Of a DNA stretch of 64,000 nucleotides, positions 1 through 11,000 are shown in pieces. A program made the translations under genes and the position numbers. Every line of letters starts with the position of its first letter. The first letter of the stretch is position 1. The notes below the pieces were generated by a model, which was given only the letters and a program-made list of their open reading frames with translations, ran no database searches and was not told the DNA's origin. Source of the stretch: Lepidodermella squamata (taxonomy: Eukaryota; Animalia; Gastrotricha); the NCBI GenBank assembly GCA_047495785.1, contig JBLDXI010000023.1, positions 806,001 to 870,000 of the forward strand. Direction: 5' to 3'.

Positions 1-639
1 CCACTTAGAATTATGAGGCATGAAGGTTTTAGAGGATACGGGCCAGTACTCAGCAGATCCGAATACTATTTTGTCTGGCGATTGATTTATAATAATTGAT
101 ACAGCACAACTTTGCTCGTCAAATGGGAATTTCCAGAAGTTCAAATCGCAGTACGTTGCGAATGTTCCCATGAACATGGATTGAAACAGACCCGTAGGTG
201 GTTTAATATAGAAAAATCTTGCGTGATCCGACGAGCCGTCCAAAGCTGATCCCTGAATGCTGTTTCTCAGGGAAACGCTGGGATGCCAGTATAAATTGGG
301 GTCTTCATGATATAGTTCGGATATTTGGGCTGGCCACCATGGTGACGATGCGTTGTAGACCTCTGCAACACAGGGGACTTGCCACTCCAAAACAACAACA
401 CCGATTAGACTGAGATACTCGCCGAGATCGTCGATTTCGAGGAATCTATCCAACTCGAGATAGGCTTTGATTTCGGTGGGGATGTTTTCGAGCTCTTGCG
501 GAGAATTCACTCCTGGGCCTATTCGACAACTTTCAAGCAGAGTTTCGGTGAAGTTTGATGGCGACATCGCTCGTGCAATTCCGGATAGGCAGATAACCAA
601 CGTTAGATTTTGAACAACGAAAGAGCGATTCCTTGCCAT
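1..639 (-). CDS. Divergent Cys-loop pLGIC subunit (subfamily A), 3' part runs off the window
   Basis: Manual translation from ATG at 639 is open to position 1: MARNRSFVVQNLTLVICLSGIARAMSPSNFTETLLESCRIGPGVNSPQE...LDRFLEIDD...WQVPCV...YCDLNFWKFPFDEQSC. Colinear with the 4701..5879 paralog. Absent from the ORF track because there is no stop in the window. Confidence 0.9.
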   Translation of the reverse strand, partial: MARNRSFVVQNLTLVICLSGIARAMSPSNFTETLLESCRIGPGVNSPQELENIPTEIKAYLELDRFLEIDDLGEYLSLIGVVVLEWQVPCVAEVYNASSPWWPAQISELYHEDPNLYWHPSVSLRNSIQGSALDGSSDHARFFYIKPPTGLFQSMFMGTFATYCDLNFWKFPFDEQSCAVSIIINQSPDKIVFGSAEYWPVSSKTFMPHNSKW

Positions 640-693
640 TTTGTTAGTGTTGACTTGTTAGTTTTCGAACCGGAAACCACTATAACAGGGATA

Positions 694-880
694 CCGTAAT
701 GATGCAAATACTGACCCGTTTAGTAACCCACCTCATTTATTAACCCAGGCAAATTGATGAGCCAGATACATAACCCTACCCTCATTTAATAACCCGGGTT
801 AAAGCTTAAGGGTTAATAATCCGTATGAGTTAATAATCGCAGTTAATAAAAAGCCCGGGTTAGTATTTGCAGCAATACGG
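694..880. mobile_element. Tc1/mariner-pogo-type MITE
   Basis: ~25-bp imperfect TIRs (CCGTAATGATGCAAATACTGACCCG / CGGGTTAGTATTTGCAGCAATACGG) with TA on both sides (692-693, 881-882). Lies ~55 bp upstream of the ATG at 639. Confidence 0.75.
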
Positions 881-1029
881 TAAATGTTTTAGAGTTTATG
901 AGGTTCAAAATATTCCTGAAGAAACTCGAAAGCTCAAAACTCAAATCTAATGTCTACTTAGAGAGATGCTGGAATGTAAACTTTAACTAATGACAATATA
1001 TTATCTACGCGAGTATGTCGTCGGTGGAT

Positions 1030-1634
1030 CAGTGCTTTGGATTTGATTCGATTTTATTTAGATCCTATTTTCACTGATTTAGATTTAAATGATTGACTGA
1101 TTTTGACTTCCGTTAGGAATGCAATAGGAACGATATAGAAATATCGGATACCGCTAAACTAAGATCTTTCCGTCTTTTCTTCCGATAGGAATTTGCTAAA
1201 TAGAGGGGCGATAGAGGCATTGCATGAATTTTCAAAAACCCCAGATTTGAGAAAATCCTGATTTTTCGGGATTCCTTGGGATTTATCGGTGTCAATGGTT
1301 TGATTTGATTGATTTAGTTCTGTAAAAATGGGAAATTGGTTGATTTTGATCGATTCAAGGAGGTCAGTGATTTAAGCCGTAAATCAAATCAAATCTGACG
1401 TTCTGGGTTTTGGACAAGGGATATTAATAAGCCTGAAGGCTGAACAGCCATCGATATCCGATATCACCCGTTCATGGGTGCTATCTGGCGATAAATACCA
1501 GCAGATCAAAACGAATCCCTCACGGTGAATCAAAATCAATCAAATCAAAAGGGCATCCCGCGTAAATCAATTATTATAAATCTAAATCAGCAAAATTAGG
1601 GCCTAAATCAAATCAAATCAAATCCAAAGCACTG
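1030..1634. mobile_element. Non-autonomous DNA transposon (hAT-like ends) with AAATC/GATTT subterminal repeats
   Basis: TIR CAGTGCTTTGGATTTGATT... / ...AATCAAATCCAAAGCACTG, with imperfect inverted similarity over ~55 bp. No clear TSD. Confidence 0.7.
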
Positions 1635-2375
1635 AATCCTACTTTATTTGTAAAACACACTTATCGAACATGAAATAAGGCGTAATAGTAAGAAAACTTG
1701 AAGATTCCATTGCTTTCTAGCGCATTTTAATTGTGTCTGCCGTCATATAGCTTTATCATACATTGTATTGTCTCGGTCGCCAATGAGACAAATATCGACC
1801 GTACTTTCAAACGCGACAGTCAACTATTGAAATCACGAGACTTTCTGTAAAGCATGTAAAATACAAAATTAGATGTTATATATTTACTCATGTGCATTTT
1901 TCTTTTTAATGGTTGCTTCGGTTTACACTAAGCCGTTTTTCTTGACAGCAGTAGATCTACCTCAAAGTGTATGTCAGCGGCGCGAAATTCAATATCCTCT
2001 TAACCACATAAACTTTGTGCTTGGAGCTTTCAAAATCATTTTCAATCACGGAAAAAGTCATCAAAACTTAAAGCATTTTCTGAAACTATGTCAAAATAGG
2101 ACAATTTTTTGTTTCTCAAGTGCCTATACAATTGATAGACAATAAACTTTGGATTTGGAAGAAAATTAAGATATTGAAAATCATCCGGCTTGTACAATGC
2201 CATAAGGGCATTTTTCACAGGGTAAACTTCGTCAAAAGTCAAAAAGTCAATATAGCCACTTGATTTCGATATTCAGTTTTGATACACTGTTTTCTCAGGC
2301 AATGGACATAACTTGTTTTTCGATAGTTTGAGTAAAAAGATTAGCGCGTACAGTCGAACTTTTTTATTTCTCGAA

Positions 2376-2413
2376 GACGACGTTTCGGCACAAGCGGGTG
2401 CCATCATCAGGTC
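2376..2413 (-). ncRNA. Minimal type I hammerhead ribozyme (PLE-associated)
   Basis: Minus strand: GAC-CUGAUGA-U-GGCAC(CCGCUU)GUGCC-GAAA-CG-UC^GUC. Conserved core, 5-bp stem II, 3-bp stem I, and palindromic ACGU in place of stem III. Confidence 0.75.
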
Positions 2414-2468
2414 ATATATAAGGAAACAAAAATCTAAACAAAGATAGTATAGTTAAAGGCTACAACAA

Positions 2469-2678
2469 TTTTTTTTTTTTTTTTTTTTTTTATTTACCGA
2501 ATATTTTTAGCTATAATCACAAATTAAGGCCTAGGGAGTTCATCTGCAGTTTAAAAAAGTTGATGTCGGTGTTTTCGGGGAAACATCTGGCCGGAAGGCT
2601 ATTCCATCTTGTGAAGATCTCATTGAGTCGTTGTAGTGGCTCAATCTCCGTACTCCAATGAGATAGGGTTAATCAGTG
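2469..2678 (-). mobile_element. 5'-truncated LINE (CR1/L2-group) 3' end with poly(A) and 15-bp TSD
   Basis: Poly-T at 2469-2491. TAAAGGCTACAACAA duplicated at 2454-2468 and 2679-2693. Encodes ...RWNSLPARCFPENTDINFFK..., the WNxLP C-terminal motif of CR1/L2-type ORF2. Confidence 0.85.
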
Positions 2679-3157
2679 TAAAGGCTACAACAAGGAAAAC
2701 GACTAGATAAATAGTTTAGCTTTGATAGAGTCCTTTTGCTTATTCAGGTTAGGCTTAATAGATTTGATGAAAAGCATCTCGAATAGTAGGCATGCCCATT
2801 TGGTGCGACACTTTTTGAGGATGGTGAAGTTTCTGTGCAAGGTGGAAACATCTGCTCCATGACTCTTGACGTGCTCATTGAGAGGGCCTTTCTTGCAAAG
2901 TGCTTTCTTGAAAGTGTCGCACCAAATGGGCATGCCTACTATTCGAGATGCTTTTCATCAAATCTATTAAGCCTAAAGTTCGGAGGGCGAGACGCGAGAC
3001 CTAGACCGGAATCTGAGGGAGAGGAGGGAGGGGGAGGGGGATTTCCCAGAGACCAAAGGTATCTCGAACTAGTCTGAGAACATAATTTAGAAATTTCTCC
3101 TCCCCCTAAAATAATGCGGGTTGACTCAATCAAAAAGCAAAGCCTTTAAATGGAAAA

Positions 3158-3339
3158 CAGTGTAGAAGATGGACATTTTGCCGAAAGGGGGATATAGGTA
3201 AGGGTCCCCCCTTACATCTCTCAAGTTTCCGTAGGGGCCAGGGAAAAAATCGTAAGGGTCCCCCCTGTGGTTAGGCTTCGAGCCCGAGGGCTCGAAGCAG
3301 GGACAATCCCCCCCGTCCCCCCCGCCATCTTCGACACTG
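3158..3339. mobile_element. hAT-type MITE with 8-bp TSD
   Basis: TIR CAGTGTAGAAGATGG / CCATCTTCGACACTG. TSD ATGGAAAA at 3150-3157 and 3340-3347. Confidence 0.85.
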
Positions 3340-3352
3340 ATGGAAAACTTAC

Positions 3353-3903
3353 TGATCGAATGGAAAATAAGTCATATCCAAATCACATCTTGTATCAAAC
3401 GAGCCGTAGTAGGAAAACGTGAAAAGACCTTCATCCGCCACATTGATTTCCAGTGATTTGGAAATCGTGTCGCTCGTCAAAACCTTGTCATACATCGCAT
3501 TGCCATGTGTTAAAACCGGTCGCCAATAGTTAGAAGGCTCTTCCCTCGACAACACTTTCACACGAGGCGGCCAGTAATTGAAATCGTCTGGAATTTCTGA
3601 GATGTTTCGATACAAATTACTCACGCAAGGAACTGTCCAAGTTAGAGTGAACATGGCGTCGTACGTGAAATACTCGGCTACGTCGTCCATTTTAGCGAAT
3701 AATATCGGCCGCATCAACAGTGAAATGTTAGTCGGCACGTCGTCGAAGTCAGTTGGTGAGTTCACATTAGGATCAACGTGGCAGTTGCTCAGTATGGTCT
3801 CCGTAGGCTTGAACTTCCTCAGATATACATTGCTGTCGCTGCAGAGCCCTTCTACAGTCAGGAAAACTAAGATGAAAAACAGCATTTTTCTGTGAAATGT
3901 CAT
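3353..3903 (-). pseudogene. Divergent pLGIC, exon 1 only (signal peptide to mid Cys-loop); second exon not found in the window
   Basis: Signal peptide, ILSNC..NSP, WTVPC, YWRP, CDLDMTYFPFDQ. Ends at the donor CA|GTAAGT, the same position and phase as the intron of the 46668..47937 gene. No TM-encoding exon is recognisable between 3352 and 640. Confidence 0.7.
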
Positions 3904-4199
3904 TTTTGAGACAATGATTGAGGCAGATATCGCCTGCCCACCTATACGGGACGAGATTTTTATTTTTTCAATATCCTTGATACCAGGTCGATACGCTTGG
4001 CAAATATATATACGTGCGCGATTGCACCGTTAAGGACATATGTTGTCCGTCAATTTGAAAACGTTGGAGAAAGTTTCTCTATAAGAGTTGTTCCTCATGA
4101 CGAGATACTTTGTGGACATCTTATCTCCATCCTCCATCAGTGTCTTTTTTGAAGTTTTATTCCGTACTTACAATTACAAAATGTAACACCTGTGATTGT

Positions 4200-4400
4200 T
4201 GGGGTTTCCCGTAACCTGTGTAAGGAACTTTTCTATTCACCCATTACACAATTAGTTGCTCGGCTCATTCCAACTGCCAACAACACGACGCAGTGAATAT
4301 TTCCTCACTTCTGGCTAGCAGTTCGCCTGAACTCAATCCCTGAGTTCCAGTTACATCCCTTGTTCGCTAGAAATAGGAATAAGCCCTGCTTGCGAACTGT
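4200..4400 (-). mobile_element. Highly decayed CR1-like LINE 3' relic
   Basis: Minus-strand translation with stops contains EVRKYSLRRVVGSWNEP, resembling the CR1 ORF2 C-terminal RKxFFxxRVVxxWNxLP motif. Confidence 0.35.
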
Positions 4401-4575
4401 CCCACTGTATTATGCATAAAAAGTACTCTATGTATCGAATTTTGTCGATAAATTCAGAGACACACAAGATTCAAAATCACCTCGACGCAAAAAGAACACG
4501 TGTCATTCGGGTCATTCAGATTAGCAGCATGCTCATAATTTAGGACGGCTTACGTTTACTGGCAGAAGTTTGTCA

Positions 4576-4661
4576 TATATATATTTTTACTATACCCAAA
4601 ATATTCGTTACATTTAGCGTTATATATTTTTACTATACCCAAAATATTCGTTACATTTAGC
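4576..4661. repeat. Tandem duplication of ~43 bp
   Basis: TATATATTTTTACTATACCCAAAATATTCGTTACATTTAGC occurs twice consecutively, just 3' of the 4701 gene. Confidence 0.85.
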
Positions 4662-4700
4662 ATCAGCAAAATCGGAATATAAGATCATCATTCGATACAT

Positions 4701-5879
4701 TCAATCTTGCTGAAAAAGTCCCACGCTAACAACATTCAAAGCTATTTGCGTGATAATAGAACTGATTGCAAATAACATTTCCAAAGTTGTTTGCAAAGTG
4801 ATTTTGCTACCAAAAAAGCATCGACTCAGGCTAACGCTTAAATTATTCGTCAGAAAGCAAATTAAAGCCGAATAAATAACAATGCACATGCCGAAAACAG
4901 TTTGACAAAACACGTAATATGAAGCTATAACCCTGCTAGGTGTTTTAGGTAAGTTTTGTAGAACTGAATCCTGAATCACAAAAATAGCCAACATAACAGT
5001 GCAAGCAAAGCATGACCTATCAGGCATTTCTGGAGGAATGAAAAGAGCGCTTAGTGTTAGCAAACTCAGAATAAGACCAGGGCCGAAACAATTCAATAGG
5101 TAATAATCGGCCTTTCGCTTAAATTTCATCTGAAATGAGACTTGAATGATGGATGGGTCATTCTGTACAATATCGCCGAAGCCCAAAGCGGAGGCATTGT
5201 ACAAAGCTGTCCACCTATCCATTAGCTGCCAATTCGAATTTTTGGGCATGAATGTGTTCGAAAATGCTGCCCAGTACTCAGCTGATCCAAAGACTATTTT
5301 ATTCGGCGTTTGATTTGTAATAAGGGATACAGCGCACGTTTGTTCGTCAAATGGGAATTTCCAGAAGTTCAAATCGCAGTAGGTCGCGAACGTTCCCATG
5401 AACGTGCTTTGAAAAATACCGTTGCTGACATTAACAACGAAATTTTTCGTGTGGTCCGAAGAATCGTCCAAAGCTGATCCCTGAATGCTGTTTCTCAGCA
5501 CAACGCGAGGATGCCAGTATAATTTTGGGTCTTCTTGCTGGAGATCAGATATCTGGGCAGGCCACCAATATGAAGACGCGTTGTAGACTTCAGCAACACA
5601 TGGGACTTGCCATTCCAAGCCAACAACGCCGATGAAGCTATAGTATTCGCCAACGTCATTGATTTCGAGGAATCTATCTAACTGTAACCAGACTTTGATA
5701 TTGGTCGGCGTATTTTCGAGCTCTCGTGGAGAATTCACTCGTGGGCCTAATCGACAACTTTCAAGCAAAGTTTCGGTGAAGTTTGAGGGTGTAATCGCTC
5801 GTGCACCTCCAGATAGGTAGGTAGCCATGATGAACGCAAGCGCGAGACGATGAACAATGGAATTTCGTTTCCTTTTCAT
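4701..5879 (-). CDS. Divergent Cys-loop pLGIC subunit (subfamily A), single exon, 392 aa
   Basis: Signal peptide, Cys-loop CDLNFWKFPFDEQTC (C-x13-C), pre-M1 KRK, 4 TM helices, M2 PDRSCFACTVMLAIFV, very short M3-M4 loop. Confidence 0.95.
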   Translation of the reverse strand: MKRKRNSIVHRLALAFIMATYLSGGARAITPSNFTETLLESCRLGPRVNSPRELENTPTNIKVWLQLDRFLEINDVGEYYSFIGVVGLEWQVPCVAEVYNASSYWWPAQISDLQQEDPKLYWHPRVVLRNSIQGSALDDSSDHTKNFVVNVSNGIFQSTFMGTFATYCDLNFWKFPFDEQTCAVSLITNQTPNKIVFGSAEYWAAFSNTFMPKNSNWQLMDRWTALYNASALGFGDIVQNDPSIIQVSFQMKFKRKADYYLLNCFGPGLILSLLTLSALFIPPEMPDRSCFACTVMLAIFVIQDSVLQNLPKTPSRVIASYYVFCQTVFGMCIVIYSALICFLTNNLSVSLSRCFFGSKITLQTTLEMLFAISSIITQIALNVVSVGLFQQD

Positions 5880-6030
5880 TTTTGTTTTGTTTTGTTACTA
5901 CTAAAAACCACTATAAATTTTAGTATATTGGTATTCTCCTCTCCTTTACAGAAGCTCGAAATTTTACAATCGATTTCTATGGGGAGAGGCGCTTGAATGC
6001 CAACTTTTATCAGCGATATAGATTTCGATA

Positions 6031-6120
6031 TTCCGGAAGTTCGCGAGTCGTGTTCGCTGGCCTTGTAGATCAGCAGCATACATAGCGGTAATTGGTTACT
6101 GATCAATATTCGAGCAAAAA
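6031..6120. promoter_or_regulatory. Conserved upstream footprints of subfamily A genes (ETS-like CCGGAAGT; GATCAATATyCGAGCAA)
   Basis: The same motifs occur in the same order ~150-240 bp upstream of paralogs, at 13388-13466 and (second motif partly decayed) 31309-31383, while intervening sequence has diverged. Confidence 0.5.
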
Positions 6121-6263
6121 CTGTCGGAGATTTCAAAGCTATTCTGGTGCCATTGATCAGAGACTCTGAATGAATCAGTCATTCATAAATGAAAGAGATG
6201 ATATTCACGAAAAATTGATGATATACCTAACTGCCCGCATTGTCAGGCCTGTTCCTTTATTAA

Positions 6264-7318
6264 CCCTCTTTGACCAGCAGTAACACCGGTGTTACAGTTT
6301 ACAAACAAAATTGCAGCTAGATGAATTCAAGGCCAAAATTTATGCCCTTTCACAGAAATAATGCTGATTATATACACAATCGATTGAAAAAAAGTTGGCA
6401 GACATATGATGTATAGCCAATGTGTAGTACAATCGCAAAAATGACACCCTAATAAAAAAACAAAAAATGATGTGGGAGCAATTTTTACTGCATGGTCCTT
6501 CTCAGTACGGATGTACTGGTGTTGTGATCGTAATTTTTGTAGATTATATATGCGTCGAACATAATGTTAGCCTTCATCCGATGCCAAAATTCGCTTCCTA
6601 CACATATTGGTGTTGTTTTTTACAAAATGTAACACCCGTATTACTATAGGCTCAAATCGGTCCAAGTAATTAATCGATAATTTATTGCGTCAGCGGTCGG
6701 GTTGTGCTCATTTACGCATCGCAAAGTGGCAAATAGGCTTTCTACGTATTGGGGAATCGTTTTCTTACTTCGAATCAGTTAAAAATCGATTAAAACACAT
6801 AATGGGACCTAGAAGTCGGAACCTTTCACCAATATTTTTCTGTAATTACTTAATTCTTTAATTCTCAGGTTTCTTTAATTTTTCCTGGCAAGTGGCATAG
6901 TTAATCATCATTACATAGCTATTTAAAACTCTTTAGACCTTAATATCTTGAATCGCCACTCATTTCAGGCCTTCAGACCTCATTATCAAAGGTCCAGGTC
7001 CAAGTCTCAACGTCATTACTTGCATTGACTTGTTGGTCATAAGCCTCGAAATGCTACGCTGGCAAAAACTGATGTTGTGAAGAGTTCGTGAAGAGTTTCT
7101 GATAATTTTAAGAGAGAAATAGGGAATAAATAAAAAAATCCCGGCCCCCAGGTATAAGGCGGACATCCGCCCATTGTAACACCGGTGTTACATTACGTAA
7201 CTTGTTAATGGTGATGTATTCTTGAAAACGGATTTCGGATTCATGATCTACGCATCAAAGTTAGTAAGAAGTTAGAATAATTTTCCCGGAGAGATATCTA
7301 TATGCCGGTCAAAGAAGG
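6264..7318. mobile_element. Degenerate non-autonomous piggyBac-like element
   Basis: TTAA|CCCTCTTTGACCAGCA ... TGCCGGTCAAAGAAGG|TTGA (imperfect TIR, TTAA-like target). Palindrome GTAACACCGGTGTTAC near both ends. Confidence 0.55.
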
Positions 7319-8089
7319 TTGAAGGCGTTAAATGGTATACAGTGGAGCAACTCATTGATAATTCTAAATTTCTTTCGAGTTAAAAGCCTCCTACGACTGA
7401 CTCAGTGGTATCACTGCCCCTATATTTGTTCTCGATCAATCTAAACCAGCATAATGTTATTGATCGGCTCCCGCCATCTTTAACTGATATCAGCCAGCCA
7501 TTGGATATTTGCATACCTGACGTTATGACTTTGAGACAATGACAAGGATGTTTTTTTTTAATTATCTCTTTGCGACAATAGTTCAACACAACGCGTCTTG
7601 TCAGCAACGCGTTCACATTTCGTATCCAGGACAGAAATGTGTTAACGTCTCTTTGTGAGCGTAAACAACGATAAGACGCATTGTGTCGTTGCAGACAGTA
7701 CATCAACTGCACGAAGTGGAAATGTGTGTCTGCGAGTGTCCTGTAGATTTGCAGAGTGCCGCCAGTTTGCAGACGCCTCCAGTCTTTGGAGTTTCGTTTA
7801 ATATACTGCAAATTCCCCGCGGCATCTATCACCGCAACTAGTGATTTGGCTGACCTAAATTCAATCCCTTGCAACCCAAATAAACAACACGTGACTTGTT
7901 AAGTTTTATTAAGACTTCAACAAAAGTTAGGTATTATCCCCCGAAGAAATGGAAGATTTGAGCGTGCGATGGTTTGTTTAAAGCATTTCTTCGTTGGCTT
8001 AGTCCCAGAAATAAAAAGCGATGTTAACTAAATCATATATAATATGGTTAAATGATCACAGCCGTAATACAGTTTTATGCCTTTCAATT

Positions 8090-11000
8090 TCATTCGGGAA
8101 TATTTTGCAAAAGTCGCTCAATCTGCGGACTGAATTGCGGTTGTTCTTCCTGCTGCGTTATTGGCCTCGATTCAACGAAGTGCTTTTGAAACTCTTTTAC
8201 CAGAGGGTTTGCTAGCGACTGGAATTTGGGCCATCGTTTCGGCATATCTCGCATCAACGAGCGGAAAATGTTAACTCCACTTCGAAACACAGTGACCAAC
8301 TTTTCCATTTTCGCCAATCGATTTCGGCCAGTATCAGCGCCACCCAGCGTGTGTTTCATCGCCATCTCGTACGAATGGCGAACTAGAGATATTTGCCCCG
8401 AATAGGGTCGCGTCTCATCTTCTGAAATAAATATAGAGATCCAAAGTTGATATTGGCAAAGCCGCAAAATTACCTGGGCTGAAGCATAGAAGAGCGCAAA
8501 AAACAGCGAATTCACGTAAATTTAGAATTGTCTCTGCGACTTGATTGCCAACATAGCCCAGGTAGCTTTTTATCATGAAGTCTTTCTCATTGTCCGCCTG
8601 AGAAATCAGCAGCGAAAAGCCGGCGCACAGTCCGAAATCTCGATCTGAAGCCTTGTCGAAATTCAGCGACATTTGAGCAGCGAGGACAGGAAAGAAAGAG
8701 TTCAGGTAAATAACCATGCGCTCATTGATTTCGATCGACTTGGCACCTGGTAGAGCCGTTAGGAAATCACTGACGGCCTTTAAGTATACGGCGAAAACGT
8801 CGGCTTTGGCAATCATAGATTCATCGGCAGTCATTTCTGAACTCAGCGCAACTTTGATCTAGGAAGAAAGATGAAATCAGTCATCAGGCGGGCATTTGCT
8901 TCTACCGACTAAGAGTTCCTAATTCCTAATTCAGTGAGAGGGAATGCTACTCTATAACCCTAAAGTTTCGAGGATGACGCCGGATAATAAGGCAAAACGG
9001 ATCCTGAAAGTTTTACCTGAGAAATGGGTGCTAATTTAGCTGAGGCCGCCACGCATTGCTGAACAAGCCATTCTGCGAAAGTATTTCCGCTGTGCGGAAC
9101 AGCCGGGGACCCGGCTGCCATTGGCTGCCTACTTTCGGACGGAGCTGGCAACATCTGATTCACAGTAGGACCAGGTACCTGGGGTGAAATGGCTGAAGTC
9201 GAATCCCTCCTATCGGCATTAGTCAACTCTTTTCCCGCCGACGATGACGAAGGGGTCTTCTTGGAAGAAATAGCCGCTACATGGTAGTCAAACGCAGCTG
9301 ATGCAGCTTGCAAATCGTTTTGGGTCGATGCAGGAGCTGCAGGAGGTTGACTTAAGATCTCTTCGAAAAATGTTGCACTGCTGCCCTCTTTGACTGATTG
9401 AAATTGTGATGGGCAGTCAGCTGATAGTTGCTTCTGCTGAGATGGCTGCTGCTGTTTCGCACAAGTAACAACTTTCGGGGCGGCGGTGATAAGATTTCTC
9501 GTCACGGTAAGAGGTGGCGACGAATCTTCAACGGCAGGTCGGGAGATTTTGGCTTGTTGCTTTGGAGAAGCTGGTGGTTTCTTTTGAGAGGCATGGTTAT
9601 CTCGGATTCTAGATTCATTAGCCGATATGTTTGGCAGGAATGGCGAGATTGGCTCCGGGCTGGTCATGGTCGTAGTAACACCTGCTGATTGGTCTGGCAG
9701 TGGTGATTCATAAGAGACTTTGGCAACACTTTCAGGAGAGCTTGCATCGGTTAGCGGAAGCGATCGCTTTCGACGGCTCCCACTGCAACAGAATAGAATA
9801 GACAATAATTTAAAAAAAACGGGAAAGGATTTTTCGCCACCAATTTTTTAGCTGGAATATCATTCTGCCAAACTTTCGAAAATTTAACACTACTATCGAT
9901 TGTTGAAAACCCCTTAAAATTCCTAATTGTCACGGAGTTATTGAAAAATTACGAAGCAGGAAAAATAATTGATAGGGCTAAATATTGTCCAGCTTATTAA
10001 ATAAATCTGAAAAAATCATCTTATTTTATGGAATTAAACCCATCGATATTCCACTTTTTAAACGCTTTTATTACCTAAAGAAGTAAAAACTTTACCGGAG
10101 AATACCCGGAAAACCCCGATGGTAACTAGTTCGGTAATTTGCGGTTTTTACATGGTTGATCCGAATTTATTCTGATTTTAAACCCATTAACTAGTGACAT
10201 ACTTGATACTATTCTAGTTTCTCGATTTTTTTTTTGAATTTTTCCACAAATTTCATCCTATGTGACCCTTTCCGTGTATTTCTTGGCTCACTCAATGGGT
10301 ACACTATATAGGAAAGTAAACAAATGCTCACCGCAATTTTCTGCGAGGCGGTGAGTTTTTTCGCCTTCCTTTCAGATCGTCCTCAGAGTCGTCAGTCGTA
10401 TCACCCAGGACAGAAGCTGGCAATTCTTCATCAGTGTCGAAATCCAGGTCATATTTTTCAACGTTGACTATCTTGCTTTTCGCCTTGTTTTTTACATGAT
10501 CGCTATCGCCCTTCATTCTACCGTCATCCATGCCAGCGCTGTAGCAGCGGCGCAGTCGACAGCTACGGCAGTCAGCTGTTGGGCTACACGGATGTTTCGG
10601 TTTGAAATTAATAAGCGGGTCCAAGTTTCGTGGCCGTTGGTGACAAAACAACATGGATAGGTTTGCTTTCTTCTCACGGCTGAAAAATGATGCACATTTA
10701 TCACATGAGACGACCCCGAAGTTGAAGCCTTGGCCTGAAAAGCTAGATCAGTAAAAATCCGTAAATTTCGAAAAAATGAATAAAATTACTTGGCGAATTG
10801 CAAATTGCGCAAGGAATGCTGGCGAAATCAACGCGGTCCGAATTTTTAGTCTTGCTAGATCCACTGCCGTTCGACGCCGTTCGGGTCAGAGGTTTCGCTG
10901 GCTGACGGCTTTGTGGCGTAGCAGATTCTTTGTCAGGCCGTTCACCTTTTCGGATATTTTCGATAACTCGCACGCATTGATTGTATCGACATGGCCGGCA

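Larger units (their letters stand above)
2345..2976 (-). mobile_element. 5'-truncated Penelope-like retroelement relic (GIY-YIG C-terminus + pLTR), interrupted by a LINE
   Basis: ORF 2703..2910 ends NFTILKKCRTKWACLLFEMLFIKSIKPNLNKQKDSIKAKLFI, a typical PLE GIY-YIG C-terminus. Perfect 66-bp inverted repeat 2749-2814/2911-2976 at the 5' junction. Downstream hammerhead motif and AATAAA. Confidence 0.8.

Noticed and set aside
1920-2330. Possible missing second exon of the 3903 gene, or a viral/Polinton-like fragment
   Set aside because: No QxC continuation or TM helices in any minus frame I could read. The stop-interrupted peptide has no motif I can assign.
4701-5879. Bacterial origin (GLIC/ELIC-like) of the short pLGICs
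   Set aside because: They have a true Cys-loop disulfide and N-glycosylation sequons, paralogs have spliceosomal introns, and the context is metazoan TEs.
7380-7874. 164-aa ORF downstream of the nuclear receptor
   Set aside because: Non-ATG start and no recognisable domain. The NR already terminates at 8090 after its AF-2-like helix.
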